64,000 nt of DNA, taken from positions 224,001-288,000 of the forward strand of contig OZ223269.1 in the NCBI GenBank assembly GCA_965140585.1, in the 5' to 3' direction. Under the pieces are notes generated by a model, which did no database searches, was not told the origin of the DNA, and was given only the letters and a program-made list of their open reading frames with translations. Below, in pieces: positions 39,779-49,547 of this stretch (position 1 is its first letter; each line of letters begins with the position of its first letter). Origin of the DNA: Spirochaetia bacterium. GTDB taxonomy: Bacteria; Spirochaetota; Spirochaetia; UBA9216. The translations under genes and the position numbers were made by a program.

Positions 39779-40145
39779 GTTAAGAGAATTTTTCTCACTA
39801 TCACAGCATTATTATTGCTTGTTCTCATGTATTTTTTATGCGCGGTAAATCAGAAGACGCTTCAGGTCAAGATGATGGAATTATCACAGAAAGCCTACTA
39901 TGTATATATGAGAATCGTAGACTGGGAAGAAAGAAGCGCTATGGAAAGCTTGGAAAAAGGCGGAACGGAATCTTATAATCTGAGTGCTGTAAAGCAGGCA
40001 AAGGTTTAAGAGAAAACAGCTTATTTTGTAGATGAATATATCAATACAGAAACTGAACTCGGCTACGACGGAAAAGCAATTGTGGATACTGCTACGGATG
40101 TTGTTGGCAGATGTGAAGTACATCTTAAATATAAAAAACGGCTGA
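39779..40145 (+). pseudogene. Solute-binding protein (DctP-like) remnant: signal peptide joined to C-terminus
   Basis: AGGAGG RBS, GTT where a start is expected, KRIFLTITALLLLVL signal, then helical C-terminal segment with internal TAA; precedes a dctQ remnant. Confidence 0.5.
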
Positions 40146-40208
40146 TTACTGGGGATACCTGAGGTTTGTAATCCTGAAAATTTTCTTATTTTCTTAAGAG
40201 TAGGTGTC

Positions 40209-40431
40209 ATGCAATTAAAAGAAATATGCAGGAAGATCGCTCATATTATTCACCGGCTCAGTAACGTATTTGCATCGATTTCAGGTATATCTTTATTCTC
40301 AATGGCATTATTAACCATTTATGATGTTTTTGGGAGATATGTTTTCAATAAACCGATTAAAGGGTACACAGGAAATTATTGAACTGATGATTATCGTTGT
40401 TTATTATGGTCTGGTATATGCAAGAAGCAGC
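40209..40431 (+). pseudogene. TRAP small permease (DctQ) 5-prime remnant
   Basis: MQLKEICRK...DVFGRYVFNKPIKG, frameshift, TQEIIELM; truncated against the UGSC remnant. Confidence 0.75.
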
Positions 40432-41343
40432 TTACTGAACTGTCTTCTTTATTGAAATTGTAATATACATGCTTCGGTTCCCATGGGCTGACTTCTTCAT
40501 TTTCACCAATACAGATGCCGAAACGTTCCTCATGTCCGAGAAAGCCCATATCTTCAAACCATGTTTAATGCCAGCGATGTTCCTAATTATGAAACCCATG
40601 GTATGGCCGATAGTTGCAGTTGTCTTGATGTAGGGGCTTAGAGTTCCCAGTCCGTAATTAAGTCCTATATCGTTTCTGACTGGGCCGTTTACTATCATCA
40701 TGGAAGCCCAATTTGCAACACTGGTTGTGTATGGCTCAAACCACATGTGCGAATCAACCATAGCCTCAACAGCAGCTATAAGTACAGGCATATATGTAGG
40801 AAGACAACCTGCCATTACAGCATTGACTGCAATCTTTTCAACAGTCGCGTTTCCGTTCATAGGAGGCATTCTTGCTACTACATGATCGGCTGGTAAATCA
40901 GTACCTCCAAACATTTTATTTACAAGCTCCTGTGTCGGAGGAATAATCGGAAACCCGTAAGACAGGCCTTCATTATAAAAATGCATATTGACTTCTTCCA
41001 GATCGCCGGAGCATTCAACGACAGGGACTTCTGCTGTTTCAATTACAACATCAGTCCCTGCAATCCATTTTTCGAAATCAGGCCTGACTTCAGGAGCCTT
41101 CATTACCTCGGCAACCTGGGTATGTGAGTTCAGATCCTTTGTATACTGAAAATATGTGAACTTTGCATCCGGATATACAGCAGAAAGCTGCTTTTCCAGT
41201 TCTTTCAGTATTAAAACCCAGTGGGCTTTAAAGGTACAATACAGTCCTATTGTTTTTCCGTTTAAGTCTGCTACACGGGGATTGAGTCCTATCACATCAA
41301 GCGGATCTGGGATGCCTATAGGATTCAAAGCTGAATATTTCAT
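40432..41343 (-). pseudogene. UGSC-family (seleno)protein-like gene, internally deleted and frameshifted
   Basis: PR..DL.GKTIGL N-domain and G.PIIPPT, ATVEKIAVNAVMAGC.P.YMPV core; GSC motif segment absent; frameshift near 40556 before EDMGFLG...ENEEVSPWEP. Confidence 0.7.
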
Positions 41344-41518
41344 TTATCTCTCCTGATATTACAGGCGGAACAAAGAGGTGTTCCACAATGATATAAAACG
41401 TTTAGAGTTAAGAAATTATAGCTTTAACTGAATTTCCTGTCCAATTCAATTAAATCATCGTTTTGATAGCTGAAATCTATGGAAACAGGATTAGAATTGA
41501 ATACAGTACAGTAAAAAT

Positions 41519-41561
41519 AAAAAGAGGGGCTGCCAATCGGGTATGCGGCAGCCCCATTTTT
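41519..41561 (-). terminator. Terminator of the FAD/Fe-S operon (possibly bidirectional)
   Basis: GGGGCTGCC-12 nt-GGCAGCCCC flanked by A and T tracts. Confidence 0.8.
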
Positions 41562-41663
41562 CTGGAGGGTTGATTCAGTGCTAAACTGAAATCTTAAAAC
41601 ATAAGACCGAGGCCTGCTGATATGGATTAGAGCAGAAACCTCCACCGATGTTTTATTACTAAT

Positions 41664-43322
41664 TTAGTCGGGCATTCTCTCGTAGTAAGTATCACCGAGG
41701 TCGTCTGGATTCATTGACTTGTAGACCTTTGCCTGGTACTTGAGAGCTGCTGCAAAGGGATGATTTGAATAAGCATTCTTCCTGAATTCCTCAGTTGTTG
41801 AATATCCGTCATATCCACGGGCATTTGAATTGAGTTTCTCAAACCCGCAGCCGCTCCAGCCTTTAGAGGCAGTCCATGCTGCAGAAGCATCGAAGAATTC
41901 AAGACATCCTTCGGTGGACTCTTTATCTGCACTGTCGAAGCAGGTGAAGTTCTCCCAGAGACCGGAACCTCCGCCGCCCTGAAGCCCGATCGGTCCCATC
42001 ATACAGTCTCCGCCGCCTTCTACGATTTGTCCCTTCTTTTCCCATTCCTTCTTAAAGGCGCCTACCTCTTCAGCACGCTGGGCGCCGAAATCGATGGCGT
42101 TGATCATTCCGAAGTTTCCGTCGTATCCGCCGCCGTAGACAAGGTTGAGTGACTTATGTCCGAGTCTGAGAAGGTAGAGGAGGGTGTAGTTTGTGAGGTG
42201 TTCGGTGTTCATGCACTCAACTATCCACCCGCCTGTAATCTTAAGAATTTCATCCAGGGTTTCTTTCTGCCAGTCGTAATCACGCTGTGTCATTCCTGCC
42301 ATAATAAGCTGGAAATCGATCTTCATCGAATCATTTTTTTCCTTGAAGTCAGGTGCATTTACAAGTTCTTCGAGGTCTGAAATGGTCTTTGTAGGATCTG
42401 TAAGGATCTGAATCATTCCCCACTTGAGATCCCGGCCGAGGAAGTTGAACTGCCTGTGGCCGCTGTAACCAATCTGGTTCTCCCAGAGAAGGTGAGCTGT
42501 CTTTGCCCATGCATCCCAGTCGGGAAATGCAAGTGTGAATGCATTGAAATTGGAGGGAAGCTTTGTTGTATATGCCGGAGCCTTTCCATAAACGGGCAGA
42601 CCCTTTGGACCCGGCCATGCGTAGAGTTTGACCGCACATTTAGTGAATGTACCTATTGAACCCTTGTTACCGAACATTCCACGGATAGCACCGCGCATTG
42701 ACGGACCGGGACCTTCACCGCAGAAGCCAGTAGGATCATCGTAGGCAAGTGAACCGGTTCGAAGGATTTCACCGGACGGGAGCACCCATTCGGCACCAAG
42801 GAGGTTTTCGTACTGTGTTCCGGCATAGAGGTTGCTCGGTCCAGAGCCCAGCCATGCAGTTGCGCCGGCAAGAATTGAACAGGAACAGCCTGAACCCTGA
42901 ATGTGACAGTTAAGTCCGACTTTCATCGTTTCAGCCTGAAGTGTCGCTCCGAGAACACCAGGTTCGACAACAGCAATCATGTTCTTGGCGTCAATCTCAA
43001 TAATTCTGTCCATCCTTCTCATGTCGAGAACAATTGTGTCATTATCACAGGGATAACCCTGAGCTGACCAGAAGGTTGTTGAGGGTTTATATTTAATCTT
43101 ATTTTTGTTGCAGAACTTTGTTATTGCCTGCACGTCCTCTGTACTTCCAGGCAGCAGAACGGCCATAGGACGCGGAGTACGTACATCAAAGTGAGGCCCA
43201 AGATGGATAGCTGTATGGGAAAGGTTATATCTGTAGCCGTCAAGCACTGCATCATCTTTTGAAATATTTCTTTTACCGACAATGGCTTCCAGTTCCCGGT
43301 ATTGTTTATCTGTTAAACTCAT
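41664..43322 (-). CDS. FAD-binding oxidoreductase, VAO/PCMH (GlcD-like) family
   Basis: P.AVLLPGSTEDVQ, LDMRRMDRIIEID......VEPGV, EWVLP.GEILRTGS, G.FTK. Confidence 0.88.
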   Translation of the reverse strand: MSLTDKQYRELEAIVGKRNISKDDAVLDGYRYNLSHTAIHLGPHFDVRTPRPMAVLLPGSTEDVQAITKFCNKNKIKYKPSTTFWSAQGYPCDNDTIVLDMRRMDRIIEIDAKNMIAVVEPGVLGATLQAETMKVGLNCHIQGSGCSCSILAGATAWLGSGPSNLYAGTQYENLLGAEWVLPSGEILRTGSLAYDDPTGFCGEGPGPSMRGAIRGMFGNKGSIGTFTKCAVKLYAWPGPKGLPVYGKAPAYTTKLPSNFNAFTLAFPDWDAWAKTAHLLWENQIGYSGHRQFNFLGRDLKWGMIQILTDPTKTISDLEELVNAPDFKEKNDSMKIDFQLIMAGMTQRDYDWQKETLDEILKITGGWIVECMNTEHLTNYTLLYLLRLGHKSLNLVYGGGYDGNFGMINAIDFGAQRAEEVGAFKKEWEKKGQIVEGGGDCMMGPIGLQGGGGSGLWENFTCFDSADKESTEGCLEFFDASAAWTASKGWSGCGFEKLNSNARGYDGYSTTEEFRKNAYSNHPFAAALKYQAKVYKSMNPDDLGDTYYERMPD

Positions 43323-43337
43323 TTATCTACTCCCTGT

Positions 43338-44606
43338 TTAAAGTGCCTTACTTACAAGGTCAAGTATATCGATGACAGCCATGGCGTTATCATCCGCGGC
43401 AGAATCACTGAAATTCGTTTTACACCATGGGCAGGCTGTTACCAGAGCTTCAGCACCTGTTGATGCAGCCTCATCAAGTCTTTCATTTGCAACCCATGCG
43501 GAATATTCCGGGTAGTTTTCCTTTGCACCGCCGCCTGCTCCGCAGCAGTAGCTGTACTCCCGGATTCTTTCCATTTCGCGAAGTTTCACACCCGGGATAG
43601 CATTCAGGATGTTTCTGGGCTCATCATATATACCGTATGCTCCGTTGTATCTGGGCTTGCGCGGTTCATGAACAATGATCTGGCTCTTGTATGTTGTTTC
43701 CTTTCCGTCCCATGCTTCATATTCTTCGCCCTGGCGTCCGAGATGACAGGGGTCGTGGTATGTTACAGTCATAGGTACTTCTTTGGTGAACTCAAGCTTG
43801 CCGTCCTTTATAAGCTGATCGATGTACTCTACGATGTGCATAACCTTGAAGTCGGCTCCAAGCAGAGGATAGAGTCTCTTGAAAGCATGGTATCCGTCGG
43901 AGCATGCTGTGATAATTGTTTTTACTCCGGCTTTTTCCCAGAGTGCGATGTTTGCTTTTGCAAGTCTTTCATATTCATCAGTATGGCCCATTGAATTGAT
44001 TCTTGCTCCGCAGCACATTTCTGCATCGCCCATAATTCCAAAATCAATTCCGGCTTTACCAAGAATCTCAACTGCTGTTTTTACTGTGCCCTGGAGCTTT
44101 TCATCATAGCTGTAGCTGCAGCCTGCATGAAAAACTACTTCTGCCTTCTCTTTGGTCAGGTCTTTAAGGTTAAGACCTTTTGCCCAGTCACCGCGGGCCT
44201 TTCTGGCTTTTCCAAAGATGTTTGCTTCTTTTTTGAGGTTTTCAACAAGAGCCTTCTGTGTTTCAGGATAGCTACCCTTTGCTACAAGGTCTTTTCGAAG
44301 TTCCTTTGCCATCTCAAGAGGTTCGAGATTGTATCTTGCAATCTTACAGGCAACATCACAGGACCCGCAGGTAAGACATGTGTGAACAATCTGTTCCACT
44401 TCTGCAGTGATTTCAGCCTCTCCTCTCAGGATGGCCTTTGCTGTAAGGTATCTGCCTCTTGCAGAATAGTTATTAAAATTGAAGTAATCAATACTCGGGC
44501 AATTTTTTGCGTATCTGATGCTCTTAACCTGGTCATATGGAATCCATTTACAATATGAACAGGCGCTGCATCTTTCTATTTCTTTTGTATAGTCTTTTAA
44601 TGCCAT
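43338..44606 (-). CDS. Fe-S protein, two [4Fe-4S] clusters plus two CCG domains (GlcF/HdrD family)
   Basis: CSACSYC...CP, CLTCGSCDVAC, GC..MCCG..TAC, HDPCHL..CCGAGGG..ACPWC. Confidence 0.93.
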   Translation of the reverse strand: MALKDYTKEIERCSACSYCKWIPYDQVKSIRYAKNCPSIDYFNFNNYSARGRYLTAKAILRGEAEITAEVEQIVHTCLTCGSCDVACKIARYNLEPLEMAKELRKDLVAKGSYPETQKALVENLKKEANIFGKARKARGDWAKGLNLKDLTKEKAEVVFHAGCSYSYDEKLQGTVKTAVEILGKAGIDFGIMGDAEMCCGARINSMGHTDEYERLAKANIALWEKAGVKTIITACSDGYHAFKRLYPLLGADFKVMHIVEYIDQLIKDGKLEFTKEVPMTVTYHDPCHLGRQGEEYEAWDGKETTYKSQIIVHEPRKPRYNGAYGIYDEPRNILNAIPGVKLREMERIREYSYCCGAGGGAKENYPEYSAWVANERLDEAASTGAEALVTACPWCKTNFSDSAADDNAMAVIDILDLVSKAL

Positions 44607-44725
44607 TTAAATCTCTCCTTATAGAATTCCGCCATGGATGGCGGGTAATGGAGTGAAGTTTGTTAAAACTTCAAAATGAAAAAAATACAAGGATGTGTTT
44701 TTTTCATTCCTCCTTATTCCTTGTA

Positions 44726-46189
44726 CTAGAAGCACAGTTTGCCAGGGTTCATCACATACCCGGGATCGAAGATGTCTTTCATCTGCTTAGTCAGCTGAGT
44801 GTGCTGAGCATTGCTGTCATACATTATTTCTGACCAGATACCATAGGGTCTGGAGTAGAAGGCGCCGACTCCTGCAAGCTCTCTGCTCATTTCATCGTAA
44901 AATGCTTTGAGTTCCGCTGAATCAGCCTGATCTTCGGTTATTGGAAGTGCAATGCAGCAGTTTGCCGCAACACCCTGATGCATGGGCTGCAGGTAAATAG
45001 GACAGTCAGAAAAGGCATATCCATGCTTGTCTGCAACTTCTGCAGCTTTCTTGAGCTGTGCTGAGATTTTATCGAGAGTTGAAAGGAAGAAGATTTCCTT
45101 TGCGGCTCCGGTAGACTTGCTTTTCCATTCACTGTCGCCGTTGATTGCAAGTACTTTTTCAGTCACTTTTACTGCAGGGATGCCTGCAACAGTCATCGAA
45201 AGTACAAGTCCTGTGGCCTGGGCAATATCAGTGAGGTCAGCTTCCTGAACTGCAATCTTCTCCTTGGCTCTGAGTGCTCCCCATTTGATGTTTACAAGAG
45301 CAGTCCACTTGGAAAGCTTTGAAGCAACTGAGTCAACATCCTCGGCCTTATCTGCAAGGATTGAAGCAAGGGCTTTTTTATTGAAAACACATACTTCATC
45401 ACCAAATCTGAATTTTAGTGTTTTGTAAAGGAAGTCTGTAAGTTTTTCATATGAATCACTTTCTACAAATACAGGCTTTTCTTCCTTTCCAAGTGGTTCG
45501 AGCTTAAGCGATGCCATTGTGACAACACCCATTGAACCCTGAGCAGCTGAAACCATCTTCAAAAAGTCAAACTGATGAGGACCACTTTGAGTGATAGGTA
45601 CTTCGCCGCCTGCCCATTTCTCATCATTGTTGAGCATATGGCCGCCGTTTCCGGTAAGAACCTTATCTCCGGTTCCAAAAATTATTTCCATGGATCTCAG
45701 GGGTTCAGTCATATTGTACTGATACTTCGGAGATATACAGGGTTCTCTGTCAACGAGACTTGCAATTACAGATTTTCCCTTCTTTGGAAGAAGCGGATGT
45801 GTGATTCTAAGATCCTTTTTTGCGAGTTCTATCGAAAGTTCTTCCCAGGTTACTCCCGGCTCTACTACCGCTATGCAGTGTGTTCTGTCAATTCGGATGA
45901 TCTTTTTCATTCCGCTCATGTCAAGGACAATAGCACCCGGTACATCAACAGAAACTCCTCCTGTTTTGTGGGGAGCTGATGAACTGACCGGAATTAAGGG
46001 CAGTGCAAGTTCGTTGGCAAGTTTAACCACTTCCTGAACCTGTTCGGTACTTGCTGCTTTTACAAGAAAATCAGGAGTAAGCTGATTTTCGCCTGTTTTA
46101 AACCAGACGGAAGAGCTGAAGAAATCCGGATTCTCAATCACATTTTCTCCACCGACAATACTAGTTAATCGGCTAAGCGTATCACTCAT
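44726..46189 (-). CDS. FAD-binding oxidoreductase, VAO/PCMH (GlcD/E-like) family
   Basis: Start moved to MSDTL (GGAG RBS); P.SS...H..G, D.S.M.KI..ID, VEPGVT, QG.MG.VT, K.IFDP..VMNPGKL. Confidence 0.9.
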   Translation of the reverse strand: MSDTLSRLTSIVGGENVIENPDFFSSSVWFKTGENQLTPDFLVKAASTEQVQEVVKLANELALPLIPVSSSAPHKTGGVSVDVPGAIVLDMSGMKKIIRIDRTHCIAVVEPGVTWEELSIELAKKDLRITHPLLPKKGKSVIASLVDREPCISPKYQYNMTEPLRSMEIIFGTGDKVLTGNGGHMLNNDEKWAGGEVPITQSGPHQFDFLKMVSAAQGSMGVVTMASLKLEPLGKEEKPVFVESDSYEKLTDFLYKTLKFRFGDEVCVFNKKALASILADKAEDVDSVASKLSKWTALVNIKWGALRAKEKIAVQEADLTDIAQATGLVLSMTVAGIPAVKVTEKVLAINGDSEWKSKSTGAAKEIFFLSTLDKISAQLKKAAEVADKHGYAFSDCPIYLQPMHQGVAANCCIALPITEDQADSAELKAFYDEMSRELAGVGAFYSRPYGIWSEIMYDSNAQHTQLTKQMKDIFDPGYVMNPGKLCF

Positions 46190-46253
46190 GGTAATCTCCA
46201 ATAATTAAGATTTTGTTTATGTGTTGTTTGTCATTTATTGATTCAACAGAATT

Positions 46254-46301
46254 ATTTTATGGTCAAATTCTTCAGCTGTCAAGTTTAATCGAATATATTC
46301 G
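46254..46301 (-). promoter_or_regulatory. Near-consensus sigma70 promoter of the FAD/Fe-S operon with adjacent palindrome
   Basis: TTGACA-17-TAAAAT (46282 to 46254); CGAAT-AT-ATTCG at 46290-46301. Confidence 0.7.
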
Positions 46302-46563
46302 GTGAAATAGTTCGGGAAACTCTAAGTTTTATAACTTTTAACTATATAGTGAATAGAAATTATCAATTGGACAGTCAGTAAATTTAAATCTACTATAAGT
46401 GAATCTTGTACAGGTTGATTTTTGTAAGGTAGGTAATTTTACAATGTCGATAGAAACATTAGAGAAAAAGCTTGATAGCACAATGTACGGAAATGAAATC
46501 GATTCAGTTCAAATTCTTCCATATTATATGGTTATAGAAGTAAAAATATGAAAAGGAGAAAAA

Positions 46564-46917
46564 ATGACAAAGAACTGGTAGTCTGTCTGCTGCTGGTCTT
46601 AACTGTACTGCTTCCTGCAGCTCTCTTCGCTCAGCCGTAAGCTGAAGAATCAGCTCAGGTGCTGGATACAGCACCTGATGAAGAAAAAAATCTCCGGTCT
46701 TCCTACAGATGTAGCTGAACTGCCTTATATCGCTGCGGAACCCGGCAGAAATGTTGTCGTTCAGATGAATTTGACTGAAGACGGTACTCATATGTAACAC
46801 ATAATGGGCTTTTCTTATGTTCTTGTAATTGATCCGATGTGGCTTCCCTTCCTGAACATTATAGTTCCGGATAGAGCTGCCTACAATATGACTCCGAACC
46901 TGGCTTTTCAAGCTTGA
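46564..46917 (+). pseudogene. Decayed gene for an exported protein, family unknown
   Basis: AAGGAG RBS plus ATG; frameshifted signal peptide LVVCLLLVLTVLLPAALFA/QP then TAA; further stops. Confidence 0.45.
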
Positions 46918-46970
46918 AGTTTTAGAAGGGGGTATTCAGTTTTATTCACATCAGAAAAAAGCACTAAGTG

Positions 46971-47010
46971 AAAAAAAACGAATGGAATTATTCCATTCAG
47001 TTTTTCTTTT
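46971..47010. terminator. Bidirectional terminator
   Basis: A8-C-GAATGGAA-TTA-TTCCATTC-AG-T5. Confidence 0.7.
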
Positions 47011-47015
47011 ATATT

Positions 47016-47606
47016 CTATTTTAGAAACATCCGGATATAATTTTCAAAGATTATTCGCATTTTCTGTTCCAGATCGTATTTTCCGTCATGCAGACACCAG
47101 TCAAAGACTATACCTCGTCCGGTTATAAAGAGTTGATCAACTACCGCTTCTACGCTTATATCGTTTCTCAACTCAGAACTCTGCTGGCCTTTTTCGATCA
47201 GCTGCTTAAGAAGACGAATCATGTACCTGTCTTTGCCAATGAATAACTTATTTTTAGTGCTGTAAAGCTGGCTGACGTTCTGGAGACCGTTGTTTATATT
47301 GAATTTTGCATAGTGAATGAAGAAAAGTACTATTTTATCTGCAGAAGAACCTTTGCTTATTTCTATATCAAGTAGAGCTATTTCTTTGAAATATTGATCT
47401 GCATTTCTGTATAATTCGAAGAAAACATCCTCTTTTGATTTGAAATAATGATAAAAAGTTCCTACAGATACATCAGCATGACTGATAATATCGCTGATGG
47501 TCATGTTGTCAAAACCCTTTTTTTCCATTAGATCTATCGCAGAACTGAAAATTTTATCCTGAGTTATTTTTGCCTGCTCTTTACGGGTTAGTTTTCTATT
47601 TTCCAT
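47016..47606 (-). CDS. TetR/AcrR family regulator, paralog of 31..624
   Basis: Start moved to MENRKLT; VSVGTFYHY, KNKLFI..DRYMI, RGIVFDWC.HD shared with the first copy. Confidence 0.95.
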   Translation of the reverse strand: MENRKLTRKEQAKITQDKIFSSAIDLMEKKGFDNMTISDIISHADVSVGTFYHYFKSKEDVFFELYRNADQYFKEIALLDIEISKGSSADKIVLFFIHYAKFNINNGLQNVSQLYSTKNKLFIGKDRYMIRLLKQLIEKGQQSSELRNDISVEAVVDQLFITGRGIVFDWCLHDGKYDLEQKMRIIFENYIRMFLK

Positions 47607-47738
47607 ATACAATGTGCTCCGAAGCTCAGCTGGTGCTAATACTGAAGCAGTATTGTATAATATTATGCAAGCGAAATTCAATCCTTACTGAATATAAAAA
47701 GCCTGTTCAATTATTTATGGTTAAAATATGTTTTTTTG

Positions 47739-47802
47739 TATTAATCTGAGTACTGAAAGTCCAATAATTTTCGTTACAGGCCGTGAATTGCTCTCCTATA
47801 AT
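47739..47802 (+). promoter_or_regulatory. Promoter with shared upstream box, copy B
   Basis: TATTAATCTGAGTACTGAAAGTCCAATAATTTTCG-TTACAG-17-TATAAT. Confidence 0.7.
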
Positions 47803-47862
47803 GCCATATCCGTAAATTTTTATTTTATTCTTAAATACTTTCCAACGGAGGTCTGGAACATT

Positions 47863-48442
47863 TTGGATGCCATTAACAGCACTGTTTTTCAAAAATTAGA
47901 TCGAACACTGGTTTCAGTCATCAAAACAATTTCTTACATCTAAGCTGTCTGTCTGGTTATCATTATGCTGATAGCCTTTCTAAATGTTGTTGGTGAGAAA
48001 TTGGTTAAAGCGGGGTGTGCCTTTTGTAAGCGGAATACCGATGTTTATGGCTCTGATTCAGTACTTTCATATTCCGGTCGTTTTTCTTGCTTCAACTTTT
48101 GTTACGCTTGAACGAGGGCATACTGCAATTGACATGCTATCATCAAAATTCCCGAAAGCTGTTCAGAAATTCTTTATTGTTTTCGGGCATGCACTTGGAG
48201 CGGCTGTAACCCTGTTCATCAGTTACCGTGCTTTCTTTGTGTTGATGGTGAGATTTTATGAAACTAAATCATCAATATAATCACAGACAAGCGTAGTGGC
48301 CTGGCTCAAGTGACCGTTTGCATTTGTTCATGGACTCGGTTTTTTACTCCTTGGAATATCCTTTATCAGGGCTACTGTAAGAGTTTTTGCAGATCCGGAA
48401 CCTAAGGAGCCTGAAGAAATTAAATTCGCAGAAGAAGGTTAA
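47863..48442 (+). pseudogene. TRAP small permease (DctQ) pseudogene
   Basis: 4-TM pattern with ERGHTAIDML; stops at 47941, 48278 and near 48311; one frameshift. Confidence 0.75.
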
Positions 48443-48455
48443 AGGAAATTATTTT

Positions 48456-48764
48456 ATAACATCAGAAACACTAATGGGTATTGGTTTTTTTGTCGGAATG
48501 ATGGTGATGATCTTCTACGGGATTCCGGTTTTCATATCGATGCTTGTCGGCGCTCTGGCCGGGGCACCTGGCATTGTAACCGCACAGGCTCTTGCAGTAA
48601 CTGTTAGGCTGCTTGGAGTAGTTAAAATGCGTTCAATTCCTCCATCATCCGGAGAGAGGGTTCCTCTGATTGGAAAGCTTAAATTATTAAAATTGATTGT
48701 TCCGATTCTTACTGCCCTCGTATATTCACTCTATACAGTTATTTTTGCCGTCACTGCTGGGTAA
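48456..48764 (+). pseudogene. TRAP large permease (DctM) remnant
   Basis: ATA in start position; GIPVFISML...AG joined to PG..; only ~100 codons remain. Confidence 0.65.
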
Positions 48765-48810
48765 GGTATAAGTATTAAATATTAATAAATTTATTTTAGG
48801 GGGATCTATT

Positions 48811-49379
48811 ATGAAAAAAGGTATAGCTTTATTAGCTCTCATTGCTTCCGCTACCTTCGCTTCAGAAAGTCTGGAAGCATCATCGGATGGAGGTGTAAAA
48901 CCTCTCACAATTCTATTTTAAGCTATTTTTGCTGAAAATCTTGGTGAAATCTCCGATGGTAAAATTCATGTAAACATTAAATATGGTGGAACTCTTTACG
49001 GAAACGATGATCAGCTTGCGGCTGTTTCAAGCGGTGCAGTTCAGCAGCTGTTCGGGCCGAAGCTGAATAGAACGGTATCAAGTCCCTTAATGTAATAGCA
49101 GGAGGTGCAAATGCCTTCCGTGCAAATTTTCCGTTTACAGATCTCGCCAGCATGGCTAAGGGGTCATCATCTTTAGGAAACATTGAAGCTGCTAAATTTG
49201 AATCACTTGGTTTCAGAGTTACTCAGATGGGGTTTGCTCTGATGATTTCAATGAGCATTTATGAAGTTGCAGACTACTGGATGCTTGATAACACATACAC
49301 TGCAGGAAATTTCCTCACTATCAATCTTGCATGGTGGGACAGCCTCTCTGCTGACCAGCAGGCACTCGTCAAAGGTTGA
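48811..49379 (+). pseudogene. TRAP substrate-binding protein (DctP) remnant
   Basis: MKKG signal; SDGKI.V....GGTL......AV.SGAV; YEVADY, IN..WWDSLS.DQQ; stops and deletions. Confidence 0.8.
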
Positions 49380-49445
49380 TATGTCTCTCAAGACATCTGC
49401 AGAGTTCACAAACTGCAATATTTCTTTCTACCCGCGATTTTAAAA

Positions 49446-49480
49446 ATACGAAAAGGCGCAGTATATGCACCTTTTCGTAT
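49446..49480. terminator. Stem-loop after the decayed TRAP operon
   Basis: ATACGAAAAGGCGCA-GTATA-TGCACCTTTTCGTAT. Confidence 0.55.
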
Positions 49481-49547
49481 AAATTTAGCTTAAAAACTTA
49501 AGGACTGAATTAAACTTACCCTCTAAAAATAAATCAAGGAGTTTTTA

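Noticed and set aside
41424-41645. 73-aa ORF, plus the many 60-200 aa ORFs antisense or out of frame to larger genes (e.g. 8293..8796, 18375..18971, 37095..37634, 39884..40210, 46504..46911)
   Set aside because: They overlap terminators, strong genes or pseudogenes and show no recognisable motifs; treated as shadow ORFs
43338-44606. Heterodisulfide reductase system
   Set aside because: CCG domains are shared with GlcF; neighbours are VAO-type flavoproteins, not HdrA/HdrE
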